NCBI GenBank assembly: GCA_035544675.1
Contig: DATKCA010000025.1
Span: 35,776-99,775 of the forward strand
Source of the DNA: Thermoanaerobaculia bacterium
Lineage (GTDB): Bacteria; Acidobacteriota; Thermoanaerobaculia; Gp7-AA8
Direction: 5' to 3'
DNA: 64,000 nucleotides
A program made the translations under genes and the position numbers. The notes beneath the pieces were generated by a model. That model had not been told where the DNA came from. It did not search any database and was given only the letters and a program-made list of their open reading frames with translations. Positions 1 to 9,172 of this stretch are shown here, piece by piece. Numbering within the stretch: position 1 is the stretch's first letter; each line of letters opens with the position of its first letter.

Positions 1-1
1 C

Positions 2-601
2 GAAGTGACCGGCGGGAGCGTCACGTACGAGGGAAGAAATCTCCTGGAGATGGCGCCGGAAGCGCGAGCGCGCGAAGGCGTCTTCCTGGCCATGCAGTAT
101 CCGGTGGAGATCCCTGGCGTCAACAACACCTACTTCCTCAAGGCAGCGCTGAACGCGATGCGCAAGCACCGCGGCGAGGAGGAGCTGGACGCCATCGAGT
201 TCCTGCAGCTGGCGCGGCAGAAGATGAAGGTGGTCGGCTTCGACGAGTCGTTCATGAACCGCGGCGTCAACGAAGGGTTCTCCGGCGGCGAGAAGAAGCG
301 GAACGAGATCTTCCAGATGGCCGTGCTCGATCCGAAGCTGGCCATCCTCGACGAGACCGACTCCGGGCTGGACATCGACGCGCTGCGCATCGTCGCGGAG
401 GGCGTGAACACGCTGCGGAGCGAGAAACACGCGGTGCTGGTGATCACGCATTACCAGCGCCTGCTGCAGTATCTCGTTCCCGACTTCGTGCACGTTCTCT
501 CCAACGGGCGGATCGTCAAGTCAGGCGGGAAAGAGCTGGCCGAAGAGCTGGAGCAGAAGGGCTACGAGTGGCTCGAGACCGAGGTCGCGACGGCGCGATG
601 A
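2..601 (+). CDS. sufC: Fe-S cluster assembly ATPase SufC (5'-truncated at window edge)
   Basis: Translation carries the ABC signature (FSGGEKKRNEI), Walker B/D-loop (ILDETDSGLDID) and H-loop (ITHYQRLL) typical of SufC. It is followed by sufD and sufS. Confidence 0.93.
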   Translation, partial: EVTGGSVTYEGRNLLEMAPEARAREGVFLAMQYPVEIPGVNNTYFLKAALNAMRKHRGEEELDAIEFLQLARQKMKVVGFDESFMNRGVNEGFSGGEKKRNEIFQMAVLDPKLAILDETDSGLDIDALRIVAEGVNTLRSEKHAVLVITHYQRLLQYLVPDFVHVLSNGRIVKSGGKELAEELEQKGYEWLETEVATAR

Positions 602-1848
602 AGACCGCTGTGGAAACCGCAGTCCTGCAACGGCTCCGTCAAGCCGGCGCCGAGCGCTTCAAGGCGCTCGGATGGCCGACCACGCGCATCGAGGAATGGA
701 AGTACACAAGCCTGGCGGCGCTCGCGAAAATGCAGTGGAGCGCCGCCATTCCTGGCGGCGAGGCTCCCGTGCTCACCAACTCGATGGTGGGAGTGGCCGC
801 CGTGGAGATGCTTTTCGTGAACGGACACTTCCATTCGATGCAGGGTGAGCCGCCCCGCGGGATCTCCGTGAGCAATCTCGCCGCGGCCGCGGACAGCGAC
901 GTCGTCGAGCAGCACCTGGGCCGGTACGCGGACCTGGAGCGGTCGGCGATGACGGCGCTCAACGCCGCGAACATAGAGGACGGCGCGGTCATCGTGGCCG
1001 GAGAACGCGTTCCGTTCGAAGGGTTCATCCACCTGATCTTCGCCGGAAGCGGCGACGGAGTGTGGTCGCATCCGCGCAATCTCATCGTGGCCGGGCGGGG
1101 CAGCCAGCTCACGGTCGTGGAGAGCTTCGTCGGCACGGGCGCGTATTTCACGAACAGCGTGACGGAGATCGTGGCCGCGGACGGCGCCGTGGTCGATCAC
1201 TACAAGATCGGCTGCGAGTCGGCCACGGCGTATCACGTCGGGTCGGTTCACTATCACCAGGAGCGGGCCAGCAGCGTCACCTCGCGCAATGTCGTCGCCG
1301 GCGGAGCGCTGGTGCGCAACGACATCACCGGCATCCTGGCCGGGGAGGGCGCGTCGCTGACGCTGGAAGGCCTGTTCGTGATCACCGGCCAGCAGCACGC
1401 GGACAACCACACGCTGATCGATCACGTCAGCCCGCGCTGCGAGAGCCACGAGATCTACAAGGGCATCCTCGATGAGAGCGCGAGGGGCATCTTCGACGGG
1501 CGGATCATCGTCCGTCCCAACGCCCAGAAGACGGTCTCACGGCAGGAGAACAGGAACCTGCTGCTTTCAGAGAAGGCCGTCGTTGATTCCAAACCGACGC
1601 TGGAGATCCACAACGACGACGTCAAATGCAACCACGGCTCGACGATCGGGCAGCTCGACGAGGAGGCCATGTTCTACCTTCGCTCGCGCGGCATCGACGA
1701 GGAGGACGCGCGCACGCTGCTGGTGTTGGCGTTCGCGAGCGAGCTCGTCAACCGCATGAAGATCGAGCCGGTGCGCGAGCAGGTCCGCCGCGCCCTGTTC
1801 CGCCAGATGCCGGAGCGGCTTCCGGAGCAGAGAGAGAAGGGACGATGA
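598..1848 (+). CDS. sufD: Fe-S cluster assembly protein SufD
   Basis: About 416 aa with SufB/SufD-family C-terminal beta-helix. Start ATG (MKTAVE) overlaps the sufC stop, and its stop overlaps the sufS start (ATGA). Confidence 0.88.
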   Translation: MKTAVETAVLQRLRQAGAERFKALGWPTTRIEEWKYTSLAALAKMQWSAAIPGGEAPVLTNSMVGVAAVEMLFVNGHFHSMQGEPPRGISVSNLAAAADSDVVEQHLGRYADLERSAMTALNAANIEDGAVIVAGERVPFEGFIHLIFAGSGDGVWSHPRNLIVAGRGSQLTVVESFVGTGAYFTNSVTEIVAADGAVVDHYKIGCESATAYHVGSVHYHQERASSVTSRNVVAGGALVRNDITGILAGEGASLTLEGLFVITGQQHADNHTLIDHVSPRCESHEIYKGILDESARGIFDGRIIVRPNAQKTVSRQENRNLLLSEKAVVDSKPTLEIHNDDVKCNHGSTIGQLDEEAMFYLRSRGIDEEDARTLLVLAFASELVNRMKIEPVREQVRRALFRQMPERLPEQREKGR

Positions 1849-3104
1849 GCCCCGCACACTCCACACTGCCGAGCCTTCCTGCCGCGAAGTACGACGTGCA
1901 GGCGGTCCGGGCCGACTTCCCGATTCTCTCCACGACCGCGCACGGGCATCCCCTCGTCTATCTCGACAACGCGGCCACCACGCAGAAGCCGAAGGCGGTC
2001 ATCGACCGCATCGTCCGCTACTACTCGTCCGAGAACTCGAACGTGCATCGCGGCGTCCACTACCTCAGCGAGGCGGCCACGTCCGCGTACGAGGACGTGC
2101 GCAGCGTGGTCATGCGCTTCATCAACGCCCGCTCGGAGAAGGAGATCATCTTCACGCGGGGCACGACGGAGGGCATCAACCTGGTCGTGCAGACCTGGGG
2201 GCGGAAGAACATCGGCGCGGGCGACGAGGTGCTGATCTCGGCCATCGAGCATCACTCCAACATCGTCCCGTGGCAGATGCTGTGCGACGAGAAGGGCGCC
2301 AGGCTCAGCGTCATCCCGGTCAACGACAGCGGGGAGCTGTCGATGGACGACTACGCGCGTATGCTCAATCCGCGCGTGAAGGTGGTGGCCGTCGGCCACG
2401 CTTCGAATGCGCTCGGCACGATCAACCCGGTCCGTCAGATCACGACACTGGCCCATGCCAACGGCTCTCTGGTCCTGATCGATGGCGCGCAGGGCGTCCC
2501 GCACATGACGGTCGACGTGCAGGCCATCGACTGCGACTTCTACGCGTTCTCCGGACACAAGGTATACGGCCCGACCGGCGTGGGAGTGCTCTACGGGCGG
2601 CAGTCGCTGCTCGAGTCCATGCCTCCCTGGCAGGGCGGCGGCGACATGATCCTCTCCGTGTCGTTCGAGAAGACCACGTACAACGCTCTTCCTTACAAGT
2701 TCGAGGCGGGTACTCCCAACATCGAGGGTGTGGTCGGTCTGGGAGCGGCGCTCCAGTACGTTTCCGCTCTCGGCCTGGACAACATCTCCGCGTACGAGCA
2801 TGACCTTCTGCTCTACGCCACCAGGCGGCTGCAGGAGATCGACGGCCTCCGCATCATCGGCACGGCCCGGGAGAAGGCCGCCGTCATCTCGTTCGTGCTG
2901 GAGGGGGTGCATCCGCACGACATCGGGACGATCCTCGATCAGGAAGGCATCGCCGTCCGCACGGGACATCACTGCGCGCAGCCGCTGATGATGCGCTTCA
3001 ACGTTCCGGCCACCGGCCGGGCCTCGTTCGGCATTTACAATACGCGCGACGAAGCCGCCCGGCTCGTCGATGCGCTGCGTAAAGTCGTCGAGGTGTTTCG
3101 CTGA
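1845..3104 (+). CDS. sufS: cysteine desulfurase SufS (class V aminotransferase)
   Basis: Contains AATTQKP, the PLP-lysine region SGHKVYGPTGVGVLYG, and the active-site RTGHHCAQP. Start chosen at MSPAHS (ATG 1845) inside a longer ORF; ATGA overlap with sufD. Confidence 0.94.
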   Translation: MSPAHSTLPSLPAAKYDVQAVRADFPILSTTAHGHPLVYLDNAATTQKPKAVIDRIVRYYSSENSNVHRGVHYLSEAATSAYEDVRSVVMRFINARSEKEIIFTRGTTEGINLVVQTWGRKNIGAGDEVLISAIEHHSNIVPWQMLCDEKGARLSVIPVNDSGELSMDDYARMLNPRVKVVAVGHASNALGTINPVRQITTLAHANGSLVLIDGAQGVPHMTVDVQAIDCDFYAFSGHKVYGPTGVGVLYGRQSLLESMPPWQGGGDMILSVSFEKTTYNALPYKFEAGTPNIEGVVGLGAALQYVSALGLDNISAYEHDLLLYATRRLQEIDGLRIIGTAREKAAVISFVLEGVHPHDIGTILDQEGIAVRTGHHCAQPLMMRFNVPATGRASFGIYNTRDEAARLVDALRKVVEVFR

Positions 3105-3553
3105 TGTCCGATCTCCGGGAGCTGTATCAACAGGTCATTCTCGATCACAACAAGAACCCCCGTAACTTCCGTGAGCTGGAGGACGCGCGGCGCGTGGAGG
3201 GCTTCAATCCGCTGTGCGGCGACCACTACACGCTCTTTCTCCAGGTCGATGACCATGATGTGATCAGGGACGTGAGCTTCACCGGCAGCGGCTGCGCGAT
3301 CTCGAAAGCGTCCGCATCGGTGATGAGCTCGACCGTCAAGGGAAAATCGAAGGAGGAAGTGGGCCGCCTTTTCGAGACGTTTCACAGACTGGTGACGGGC
3401 GATACGAGCGGTGTCGATTCGACCGAGCTCGGCCGGCTGGCCGCGTTTTCCGGTGTGTCGGAGTTCCCGGCGCGCGTGAAGTGCGCGACGCTTGCATGGC
3501 ATACGCTGCGGACCGCGCTGGATGGGCACGCCGAGAGCGTCACGACGGAGTGA
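3104..3553 (+). CDS. sufU: SufU/IscU-like zinc-dependent sulfur-transfer scaffold
   Basis: NifU-like N-terminal domain with the three conserved Cys (PLCGD, GSGCAIS, CATLAW). Start overlaps the sufS stop. Confidence 0.88.
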   Translation: MSDLRELYQQVILDHNKNPRNFRELEDARRVEGFNPLCGDHYTLFLQVDDHDVIRDVSFTGSGCAISKASASVMSSTVKGKSKEEVGRLFETFHRLVTGDTSGVDSTELGRLAAFSGVSEFPARVKCATLAWHTLRTALDGHAESVTTE

Positions 3554-3587
3554 ATGGAGCGCCGCCGACCCGGCGGCATTGAACGAC

Positions 3588-4148
3588 ATGAACATGAGAG
3601 AAGAAGTCGTAACCAGTCGCAACTGTGAGGCGGTGATGATTCCCAGCGGGGAGCGAGTCCTCGTCCCCGTCGGCTCTCACGCCACGATCACACAGAGCCT
3701 CGGCGGCACCTATACGCTCATCACCGACCGCGGCCTGATGGTTCGCGTCTCGGGCCATGAAGTCGAGGCCATCGGCAAAGTGCCCCAGGAAGTGCCTCAG
3801 GCCGCCAGCGAGGGTCAGGACCTCACGCCGGAAAAACTGGAAGAGTTGGTGTGGGACCAGCTCAAGACCTGCTTCGACCCCGAGATCCCCGTGAACATCG
3901 TCGACCTCGGCCTCGTCTACCTCTGCGAGCTGCAGGAAGCGGAGGAAGGGCGCAAGGACGTGAAGATCAAGATGACTCTGACCGCGCCGGGCTGCGGTAT
4001 GGGCCCCGTGCTCGCTGGCGACGTGAAGAACAAGATCGAGGCGCTGCCCGGTGTGCGGAACGCCGAAGTGGACGTGGTTTTCGACCCGGTGTGGGATCGC
4101 AGCATGATGTCCGAGGCTGCGAAGCTGCAGCTCGGCATGATGTGGTAG
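3588..4148 (+). CDS. sufT: SufT-like Fe-S assembly protein (DUF59/MIP18 C-terminal domain, long form)
   Basis: C-terminus PVNIVDLGLVY...LTAPGCGMGP...DVVFDPVWD matches DUF59. It is the last gene of the suf operon. Start at MNMREE (about 3588) rather than the ORF track's upstream start. Confidence 0.72.
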   Translation: MNMREEVVTSRNCEAVMIPSGERVLVPVGSHATITQSLGGTYTLITDRGLMVRVSGHEVEAIGKVPQEVPQAASEGQDLTPEKLEELVWDQLKTCFDPEIPVNIVDLGLVYLCELQEAEEGRKDVKIKMTLTAPGCGMGPVLAGDVKNKIEALPGVRNAEVDVVFDPVWDRSMMSEAAKLQLGMMW

Positions 4149-4149
4149 G

Positions 4150-4215
4150 TCCTGCGTGCTGCGTGCTGCGGCATTCGCTCAGCACAGCACCCGGCACGCA
4201 ACTCGCGGCACCTCT
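4150..4215. terminator. imperfect GC-rich inverted repeat downstream of the suf operon (putative terminator)
   Basis: gtgctgcgtgctg ... cagcacagcac lies between the sufT stop and the next gene's RBS (GGAGGTG). There is no clear U-tract. Confidence 0.3.
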
Positions 4216-4253
4216 GGACTACAATCACACAGTCCACACAAACCAGTCCGGAG

Positions 4254-4853
4254 GTGATGATGCCGTTCTGCGCGAATTGCGGCCAACAGGTGACCGCGGT
4301 CTCGTATGCTCCGTGTCCGCATTGCGGGCGCCCTTCGAATGGCGCGCCTCCCCGGGTTGCGGCCCCGCCCGTTCGCGCCACGACGAACACCGCGACGGTC
4401 CTCGTGGTGGTCCTCGTCGGTGGCCTGGTGGTCATCGCAATCCTGGGAATCCTCGCCGCGATCGCCATTCCGAATCTACTCACGGCCATGCAGCGCTCGA
4501 AGCAGAAGCGTTCGATGGCCGACATCCGTTCCGCGGCGACCGCTGTCGAAGCGTGGTCAACGGATACCGGGCACTATCCCGAAGCCTCGACGATGGATGA
4601 GCTCGAGCAACAGCTGTCGCCGAAGTACATCGCCGTGCTTCCGAAGGTCGACGGGTGGGGAAATCCGATCAAATACGCCTGCTGGTCCGTTGCGACCGCC
4701 CGGTGCGACTCGTATGCGTTCGGCTCGGCGGCGAGAGACGGCGTTTTCTCGCAGGATTCTCTGAAGGACTACGCTGGCGGGACCGGGACGACGAACTTCG
4801 ACGACGACATCATCTACTCGAACGGCGGATTCATCCAGTATCCCCAGAATTAG
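4254..4853 (+). CDS. zinc-ribbon / pilin-like bitopic membrane protein
   Basis: N-terminal CxxC...CxxC (CANCGQQ...CPHCG), then a Pro-rich linker, then a TM helix IAILGILAAIAIPNLLTAMQRSKQKR resembling the type IV pilin/GspG alpha1 helix. No prepilin G|FTLIE cleavage motif. RBS GGAGGTG upstream. Confidence 0.6.
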   Translation: MMMPFCANCGQQVTAVSYAPCPHCGRPSNGAPPRVAAPPVRATTNTATVLVVVLVGGLVVIAILGILAAIAIPNLLTAMQRSKQKRSMADIRSAATAVEAWSTDTGHYPEASTMDELEQQLSPKYIAVLPKVDGWGNPIKYACWSVATARCDSYAFGSAARDGVFSQDSLKDYAGGTGTTNFDDDIIYSNGGFIQYPQN

Positions 4854-4864
4854 AAAGGCGATCC

Positions 4865-5221
4865 ATGCACTGCACAAATTGTGGACAACAGATTCCGGAT
4901 ACCGGGTCGATCTGCCCGAATTGTGGCCGCAGCGTTCAGAAATTCTCGTCGCAGGCGGCGGCAACCCCGGCAGGAGCCGCTCCTGTGCAGAACTATCTCG
5001 TGCCGGCCATCCTGGTGACGTTCTGCTGTTGCATGCCGGCGGGAATCGTCGGAATCGTCTACGCCGCGCAGGTCAATGGAAAGCTGGCCGCCGGTGACAT
5101 GGCCGGAGCGCTGGACTACGCCAGGAAAGCGAAGATGTGGAGCTGGATCGGTGCCGGAGTGGGGCTGGTCTTCTCGGCGTTGTACCTCGCGCTCATGGGA
5201 CTCGGAATGATCGATGCCTAA
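4865..5221 (+). CDS. zinc-ribbon + CD225/dispanin-family membrane protein
   Basis: MHCTNCGQQI...CPNCG zinc ribbon paralogous to the preceding gene's N-terminus. The C-terminal part (LVTFCCCMPAGIVGIVYAAQVNGK...) resembles CD225/interferon-induced transmembrane family. Start taken at the internal ATG (MHCTNCG) of the longer ORF. Confidence 0.62.
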   Translation: MHCTNCGQQIPDTGSICPNCGRSVQKFSSQAAATPAGAAPVQNYLVPAILVTFCCCMPAGIVGIVYAAQVNGKLAAGDMAGALDYARKAKMWSWIGAGVGLVFSALYLALMGLGMIDA

Positions 5222-5564
5222 GGTCGCGCTTCTGGCGCTGGTGTCCGCCGCGGCGGCCGCCGTCGCCGTCGTCCTCTACCTGTTCGACCCGGCGGCGGTG
5301 GCCTTTTACCCGCGCTGCATGTTCCACGCTCTGACTGGACTGCAGTGTCCCGGGTGCGGGTTGACTCGCGCGGTGCATCAGGTGCTGCACGGAGACATCG
5401 CCGAGGCCATCCGCCTGAATGCGTTCGGGATCGTGTTTGCTCCGGTCGTTGTGGCGGGGGCGATCGCCGCGCCGCCGCGGGTGCTGCTGCGGCCGTGGAT
5501 CGGCTGGACCGCGGTGGCGCTGGTTCTGGGCTGGGGTGTGGCTCGGAACGTCTTCGAGCTGTAG
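5214..5564 (+). CDS. DUF2752-family membrane protein
   Basis: CMFHALTGLQCPGCGLTRA motif with flanking TM segments. Overlaps the preceding gene by 8 nt, so likely co-transcribed. Confidence 0.68.
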   Translation: MPKVALLALVSAAAAAVAVVLYLFDPAAVAFYPRCMFHALTGLQCPGCGLTRAVHQVLHGDIAEAIRLNAFGIVFAPVVVAGAIAAPPRVLLRPWIGWTAVALVLGWGVARNVFEL

Positions 5565-5602
5565 TGGAGCGCCGCGCCATCTCGCGCGGCGCTCCACAGT
5601 TT
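5565..5602. terminator. bidirectional terminator hairpin between convergent small-membrane-protein operons
   Basis: Perfect 14-bp stem gtggagcgccgcgc / gcgcggcgctccac with a 6-nt loop, followed by AGTTTGT. Sits exactly between the stops of the plus and minus gene sets. Confidence 0.6.
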
Positions 5603-5605
5603 GTC

Positions 5606-5938
5606 CTACACGCCTTTGTTGAACCAGGTCCACTGCCCGATGGACTTGCCCTGCTGAAGCAGCTGCGCCTGCATGTAGCCGTCGATCGCAGCAACGAGGG
5701 CGACGATCCCCGAGGGAATGCCGCACGCGATCAGTCCGAGAACCCATACGACGATGGCCACGATGCCCTTCGTCTTCTGGCCCATGATGATGTACCCGAC
5801 GCCGCCTGCCACCAGCAGGTTCAGCACGAGCACGAGGATCGGATCTTTCGGCGGCGTGCTGGGATGGATGATGTCGCCGCCGCCGGGGCCGCCGGCCGGA
5901 GGAGGATTGGACGAACCGCCGGGTGAAATATTGCTCAT
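5606..5938 (-). CDS. TM2-domain-like small membrane protein with Gly/Pro-rich N-terminus
   Basis: Two TM helices separated by the GQKTKG turn (VGYIIMGQKTKGIVAIVVW) resemble TM2-domain proteins. N-terminal PPPAGGPGGG tract. Confidence 0.5.
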   Translation of the reverse strand: MSNISPGGSSNPPPAGGPGGGDIIHPSTPPKDPILVLVLNLLVAGGVGYIIMGQKTKGIVAIVVWVLGLIACGIPSGIVALVAAIDGYMQAQLLQQGKSIGQWTWFNKGV

Positions 5939-5947
5939 GAACTCTCC

Positions 5948-6382
5948 TTAGAATTTGTCAGCGAAGTCGCTGATCATCGGAACGCGGAAGCGCTGGCCTG
6001 CGACTGCCTTGACGATGCAGATGATCCGGATCACGAGAAATCCGATCCAGACCACGCACTGGATCGTCGCAATTCCGCATCCAAGCCCCATGCCTTCCGG
6101 CATGAGGAACCCGAGGATGAAGAAGAGCATCCAGAGGGCGATCTCCGCGGCGAGGATGACCAGGCCGTTCTTGGCGTGCCACTGCACCTCGCGGTCGTCC
6201 TTCTTGGCGAGAAGCGGGATGAGCGCGAGAATCCACAGGTAGGCCAGGACGACCATCAGCGTGCGATCGCCCCCCGGAGCAGCGGCTCCGCCGCTGGGCG
6301 GTGGAGGAGGAGAATACGATCCGCCGCCGGGAGGAGGCGGGGTGGTCGGGGGGGTGGAGGGCGGCGGAGGGATCGAGCTCAT
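5948..6382 (-). CDS. DUF4870-like small membrane protein with poly-Pro N-terminus
   Basis: N-terminus PPPPSTPPTTPPPPGGG, then LAYLWILALIPLLAKKDDREVQWHAKNG and two further TM helices. Sits 9 nt upstream of the TM2-like gene on the same strand. Confidence 0.5.
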   Translation of the reverse strand: MSSIPPPPSTPPTTPPPPGGGSYSPPPPPSGGAAAPGGDRTLMVVLAYLWILALIPLLAKKDDREVQWHAKNGLVILAAEIALWMLFFILGFLMPEGMGLGCGIATIQCVVWIGFLVIRIICIVKAVAGQRFRVPMISDFADKF

Positions 6383-6427
6383 TGAGTCTCCTTCGTCGGA
6401 TTGTTGGTCTGGTGAGTCGGGGCGATT

Positions 6428-8080
6428 CTAGCCTCTTTGTCCCAGACGTGCGAGACGCTTTTCCGCGACGATCAGGGGCACGACAGCGAGCAGCGCTGAA
6501 ACGACGATCGCGGCGGCGATCGGAATCACCGACGACAGCCACGTTTGATCGTAGGCAATGCCGAGTACGCGCCACATGAAATAGCGCACGATCGGACGGG
6601 CCATGATCAGCATCATCCAGCCCACGTACAGCATCGAGATGGCCATATACGCGAAACCACCCAGCGACAGGCCGACCTGCAGCGGATTCTCGGCGTTGAA
6701 TTGCGGAGCGAACGCCCCCATCCCCACTCCCAGGCACACCAGCGTGATCGCCACGATGGCAGCGCCGGCCATCGTGAACCCCCACACCACGAGGCCTGCC
6801 CCGAGGATGACGTTCGCGAACCCCGTCAGGAGCATGGCCAGGAGCGTGAGCGGCAATCCGTAGACCAGGACTTTCACTCGCAGCAGATCGCGATACGAGA
6901 CGGGAGCCACCTGCACCATCCAGAACGCCTTCCCCTCCGCCGAGACCGAGGGGTAGGCGAAGCGGAGACAGATCGCGGCGACGACGAAGCCGGCCATGCC
7001 GAGGTTCGCGTAGGCGACGAGCGTGGCCCGCGCGTCGCCGCCCAGCGGCAGCATGCGGATGTTGTACAGGTAGATGAAGAGCAGCGCGGCCATCAGAAAG
7101 ACCTGCGACCACTGCGCGACATCGCGCGTGACGGTCCGGATCTCCTTGGCCATGAGCGCGCGCGGTACCGGCCGCGCTCGAGTCAGGAGGCGGTCGACCC
7201 ACCCGGTGACGGCCACCGATCCGAGAGCCACGGGGGCCATGCTCTCCCGGGCACGCACGAAGGCCTGGAAATAGACCGGCGTGGCCACGACCAGCAGCAT
7301 CGCGAACAGGGCGGGCGCCAGGAGCGCGATGCGCGCCGGCAGCATCGGACCGCCGTCGATCATCGTGTCCGCCAGCGCCGATCCCGGATAGATGCTCATT
7401 GCCGGCAGCTCCACCGCGCGAAGCACCGCCACCACGTCGTCCGTGGAGATCTCCGCGAACAACCGCTCGGGGCGGCTGGCGCGAAACGCGACCACGGCAA
7501 GACTGAGGACGATGACGGCGAGCAGAGCCACGATCTGGTGGACGCGCCGCACTGGAAACCATCGAACGAGCAGCACGATGACGATGCACGCCAGCGAGAC
7601 GGGGATGGTCAGCAGAAGCGCGAGATTGCCGAGGATGCGCGGGTAGAACGTCCAGGGATGGCCGTACTGGCGCGCGAACGCGACGAAGAGCGGAACGAGG
7701 AACACGAAGACGACGGTCGCGCTCTGCAGCAGCGTCTTGGCCCACCGCCCTGCCACGATGGCGAGCTTGGAGCGCGGGGCGGCGTGATACGTGTCGAGAT
7801 CGAGGTCGGTGAAGAATGCGCCGATCGATGCGGTCAGCGCCGACGAGAAGAGGACGACCGTGGCCACGAGGAAGACCAGAGAGAGGAGATTGCGCAGCAG
7901 GCCGAGCGCGAAGAATGGCGTGGCCGTCTCGATGTCCGCCGTGGCGCGGAACAACCTCTGGAACAGCGCGTAGTCACCCAGGATGAACAGCGCGAAGACA
8001 CTGGCGACGATGGCGATGCGCGCGAAGGCGCTCCCGTTGAGCGGACGGAGTTTCGACAGCGCGATGCGCAGGGACCACAT
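6428..8080 (-). CDS. polytopic integral membrane protein (about 12 TM; possible ABC-exporter-like permease, no ATPase partner here)
   Basis: 550 aa and almost entirely hydrophobic helices. No recognisable catalytic motif. Confidence 0.55.
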   Translation of the reverse strand: MWSLRIALSKLRPLNGSAFARIAIVASVFALFILGDYALFQRLFRATADIETATPFFALGLLRNLLSLVFLVATVVLFSSALTASIGAFFTDLDLDTYHAAPRSKLAIVAGRWAKTLLQSATVVFVFLVPLFVAFARQYGHPWTFYPRILGNLALLLTIPVSLACIVIVLLVRWFPVRRVHQIVALLAVIVLSLAVVAFRASRPERLFAEISTDDVVAVLRAVELPAMSIYPGSALADTMIDGGPMLPARIALLAPALFAMLLVVATPVYFQAFVRARESMAPVALGSVAVTGWVDRLLTRARPVPRALMAKEIRTVTRDVAQWSQVFLMAALLFIYLYNIRMLPLGGDARATLVAYANLGMAGFVVAAICLRFAYPSVSAEGKAFWMVQVAPVSYRDLLRVKVLVYGLPLTLLAMLLTGFANVILGAGLVVWGFTMAGAAIVAITLVCLGVGMGAFAPQFNAENPLQVGLSLGGFAYMAISMLYVGWMMLIMARPIVRYFMWRVLGIAYDQTWLSSVIPIAAAIVVSALLAVVPLIVAEKRLARLGQRG

Positions 8081-8095
8081 TCTTAGGCCTAAGGC

Positions 8096-9172
8096 CTAAA
8101 CAATGCGCCTGGCTTCGCGCAGCCACGCCATCGCGCTCTGGTGCCTCTCCTCGCGCGCCTTGTGGCGCTCGAGCCCCAGCTCCACGAGGCGCTCGATCAG
8201 CCTCGAGTACTTCAGCTCTGCCGCCTCCCACAGCTTGGGATACATCGAGATGTTCGTGAATCCCGGGATGGTGTTGATCTCGTTGACATAGAGACGGTTG
8301 GTGCCGCGCTCGAGGAAGAAGTCGACGCGAGCGTAGCCGGCGGCGCCGACGGCCTTGAACGCCGCGATGGCGAGGCGGCGAACTTCCTCACTCTTCTCCT
8401 TCGGGAGCCGGGCCGGGATGATGAGCGAGGCTTTGTCGTCGGCGTATTTGTCCGCGTAGTCGTAGAAGTCTCCGCCGGGCACGATCTCGCCCGGCACCGA
8501 AGCCTCGACCGTGGTGTTGCCGAGCACTGAGATCTCGAGCTCGCGGGCGTCGACGCCGCGCTCGACGAGGACCTTGTCGTCGAAGCGGAACGCGAAGTCC
8601 ATGGCCTTGCCCAGCTCCGCGTCGCTCTTCACCTTCACGACTCCGATCGACGAGCCGCTGTTGGCCGGCTTGACGAAATACGGGAGCCTGAGGGCGTTGT
8701 CGACGGCGCGGGAGATCCGCTCTTTCTCGGTCCGCCAGTCGCTCTCCAGCACGGCCACGTGCTCGACCGTCGGCAGCTTGGCAGCGCTGAAGGCGTGCTT
8801 CATGTGGCCTTTGTCCATGGCCACCGCGGAGGCGGCCACGCCGCTGCCGGCGTACGGCGCGCCCAGCGTCTCGAGGTAACCCTGGAGCGTGCCGTCCTCG
8901 CCGCCGGTGCCGTGAATGAGCGGAAACACGACGTCGGCGTTGCCGGCGCGCCACCAGCTCTCGAATGAGAAGTCCGCAGGAGCGCCTTCGACAGGCAAGC
9001 CGCGCAGGACTGCCGCGCTCCGCTCCGGATCGAGGAACGCGCCGTCTTTGCTCATGAAGACGGGGATGATCTGCAGCCGCGACGGCGCGGCCGCGCTCAC
9101 CGAGCGCGCCGACAGGATCGACACATCGTGCTCGGCGGACTTCCCGCCGAAGATCAGCGCGACGCGTGTCAT
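8096..9172 (-). CDS. ddl: D-alanine--D-alanine ligase
   Basis: MTRVALIFGGKSAEHDVS...ATP-grasp...EINTIPGFT. Start ATG at about 9172 chosen inside the 463-aa ORF. 4-nt overlap with the upstream MCE gene's stop. Confidence 0.93.
   Translation of the reverse strand: MTRVALIFGGKSAEHDVSILSARSVSAAAPSRLQIIPVFMSKDGAFLDPERSAAVLRGLPVEGAPADFSFESWWRAGNADVVFPLIHGTGGEDGTLQGYLETLGAPYAGSGVAASAVAMDKGHMKHAFSAAKLPTVEHVAVLESDWRTEKERISRAVDNALRLPYFVKPANSGSSIGVVKVKSDAELGKAMDFAFRFDDKVLVERGVDARELEISVLGNTTVEASVPGEIVPGGDFYDYADKYADDKASLIIPARLPKEKSEEVRRLAIAAFKAVGAAGYARVDFFLERGTNRLYVNEINTIPGFTNISMYPKLWEAAELKYSRLIERLVELGLERHKAREERHQSAMAWLREARRIV

Noticed and set aside
5958-8086. Long ORFs 5958..7745(-) and 6545..8086(+) overlapping the membrane-protein gene
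   Set aside because: Their translations are extremely Arg/His/Asp-rich and low-complexity, with no motifs. They are typical antisense or off-frame open frames in high-GC DNA. The 6428..8080 frame encodes a coherent 12-TM protein.
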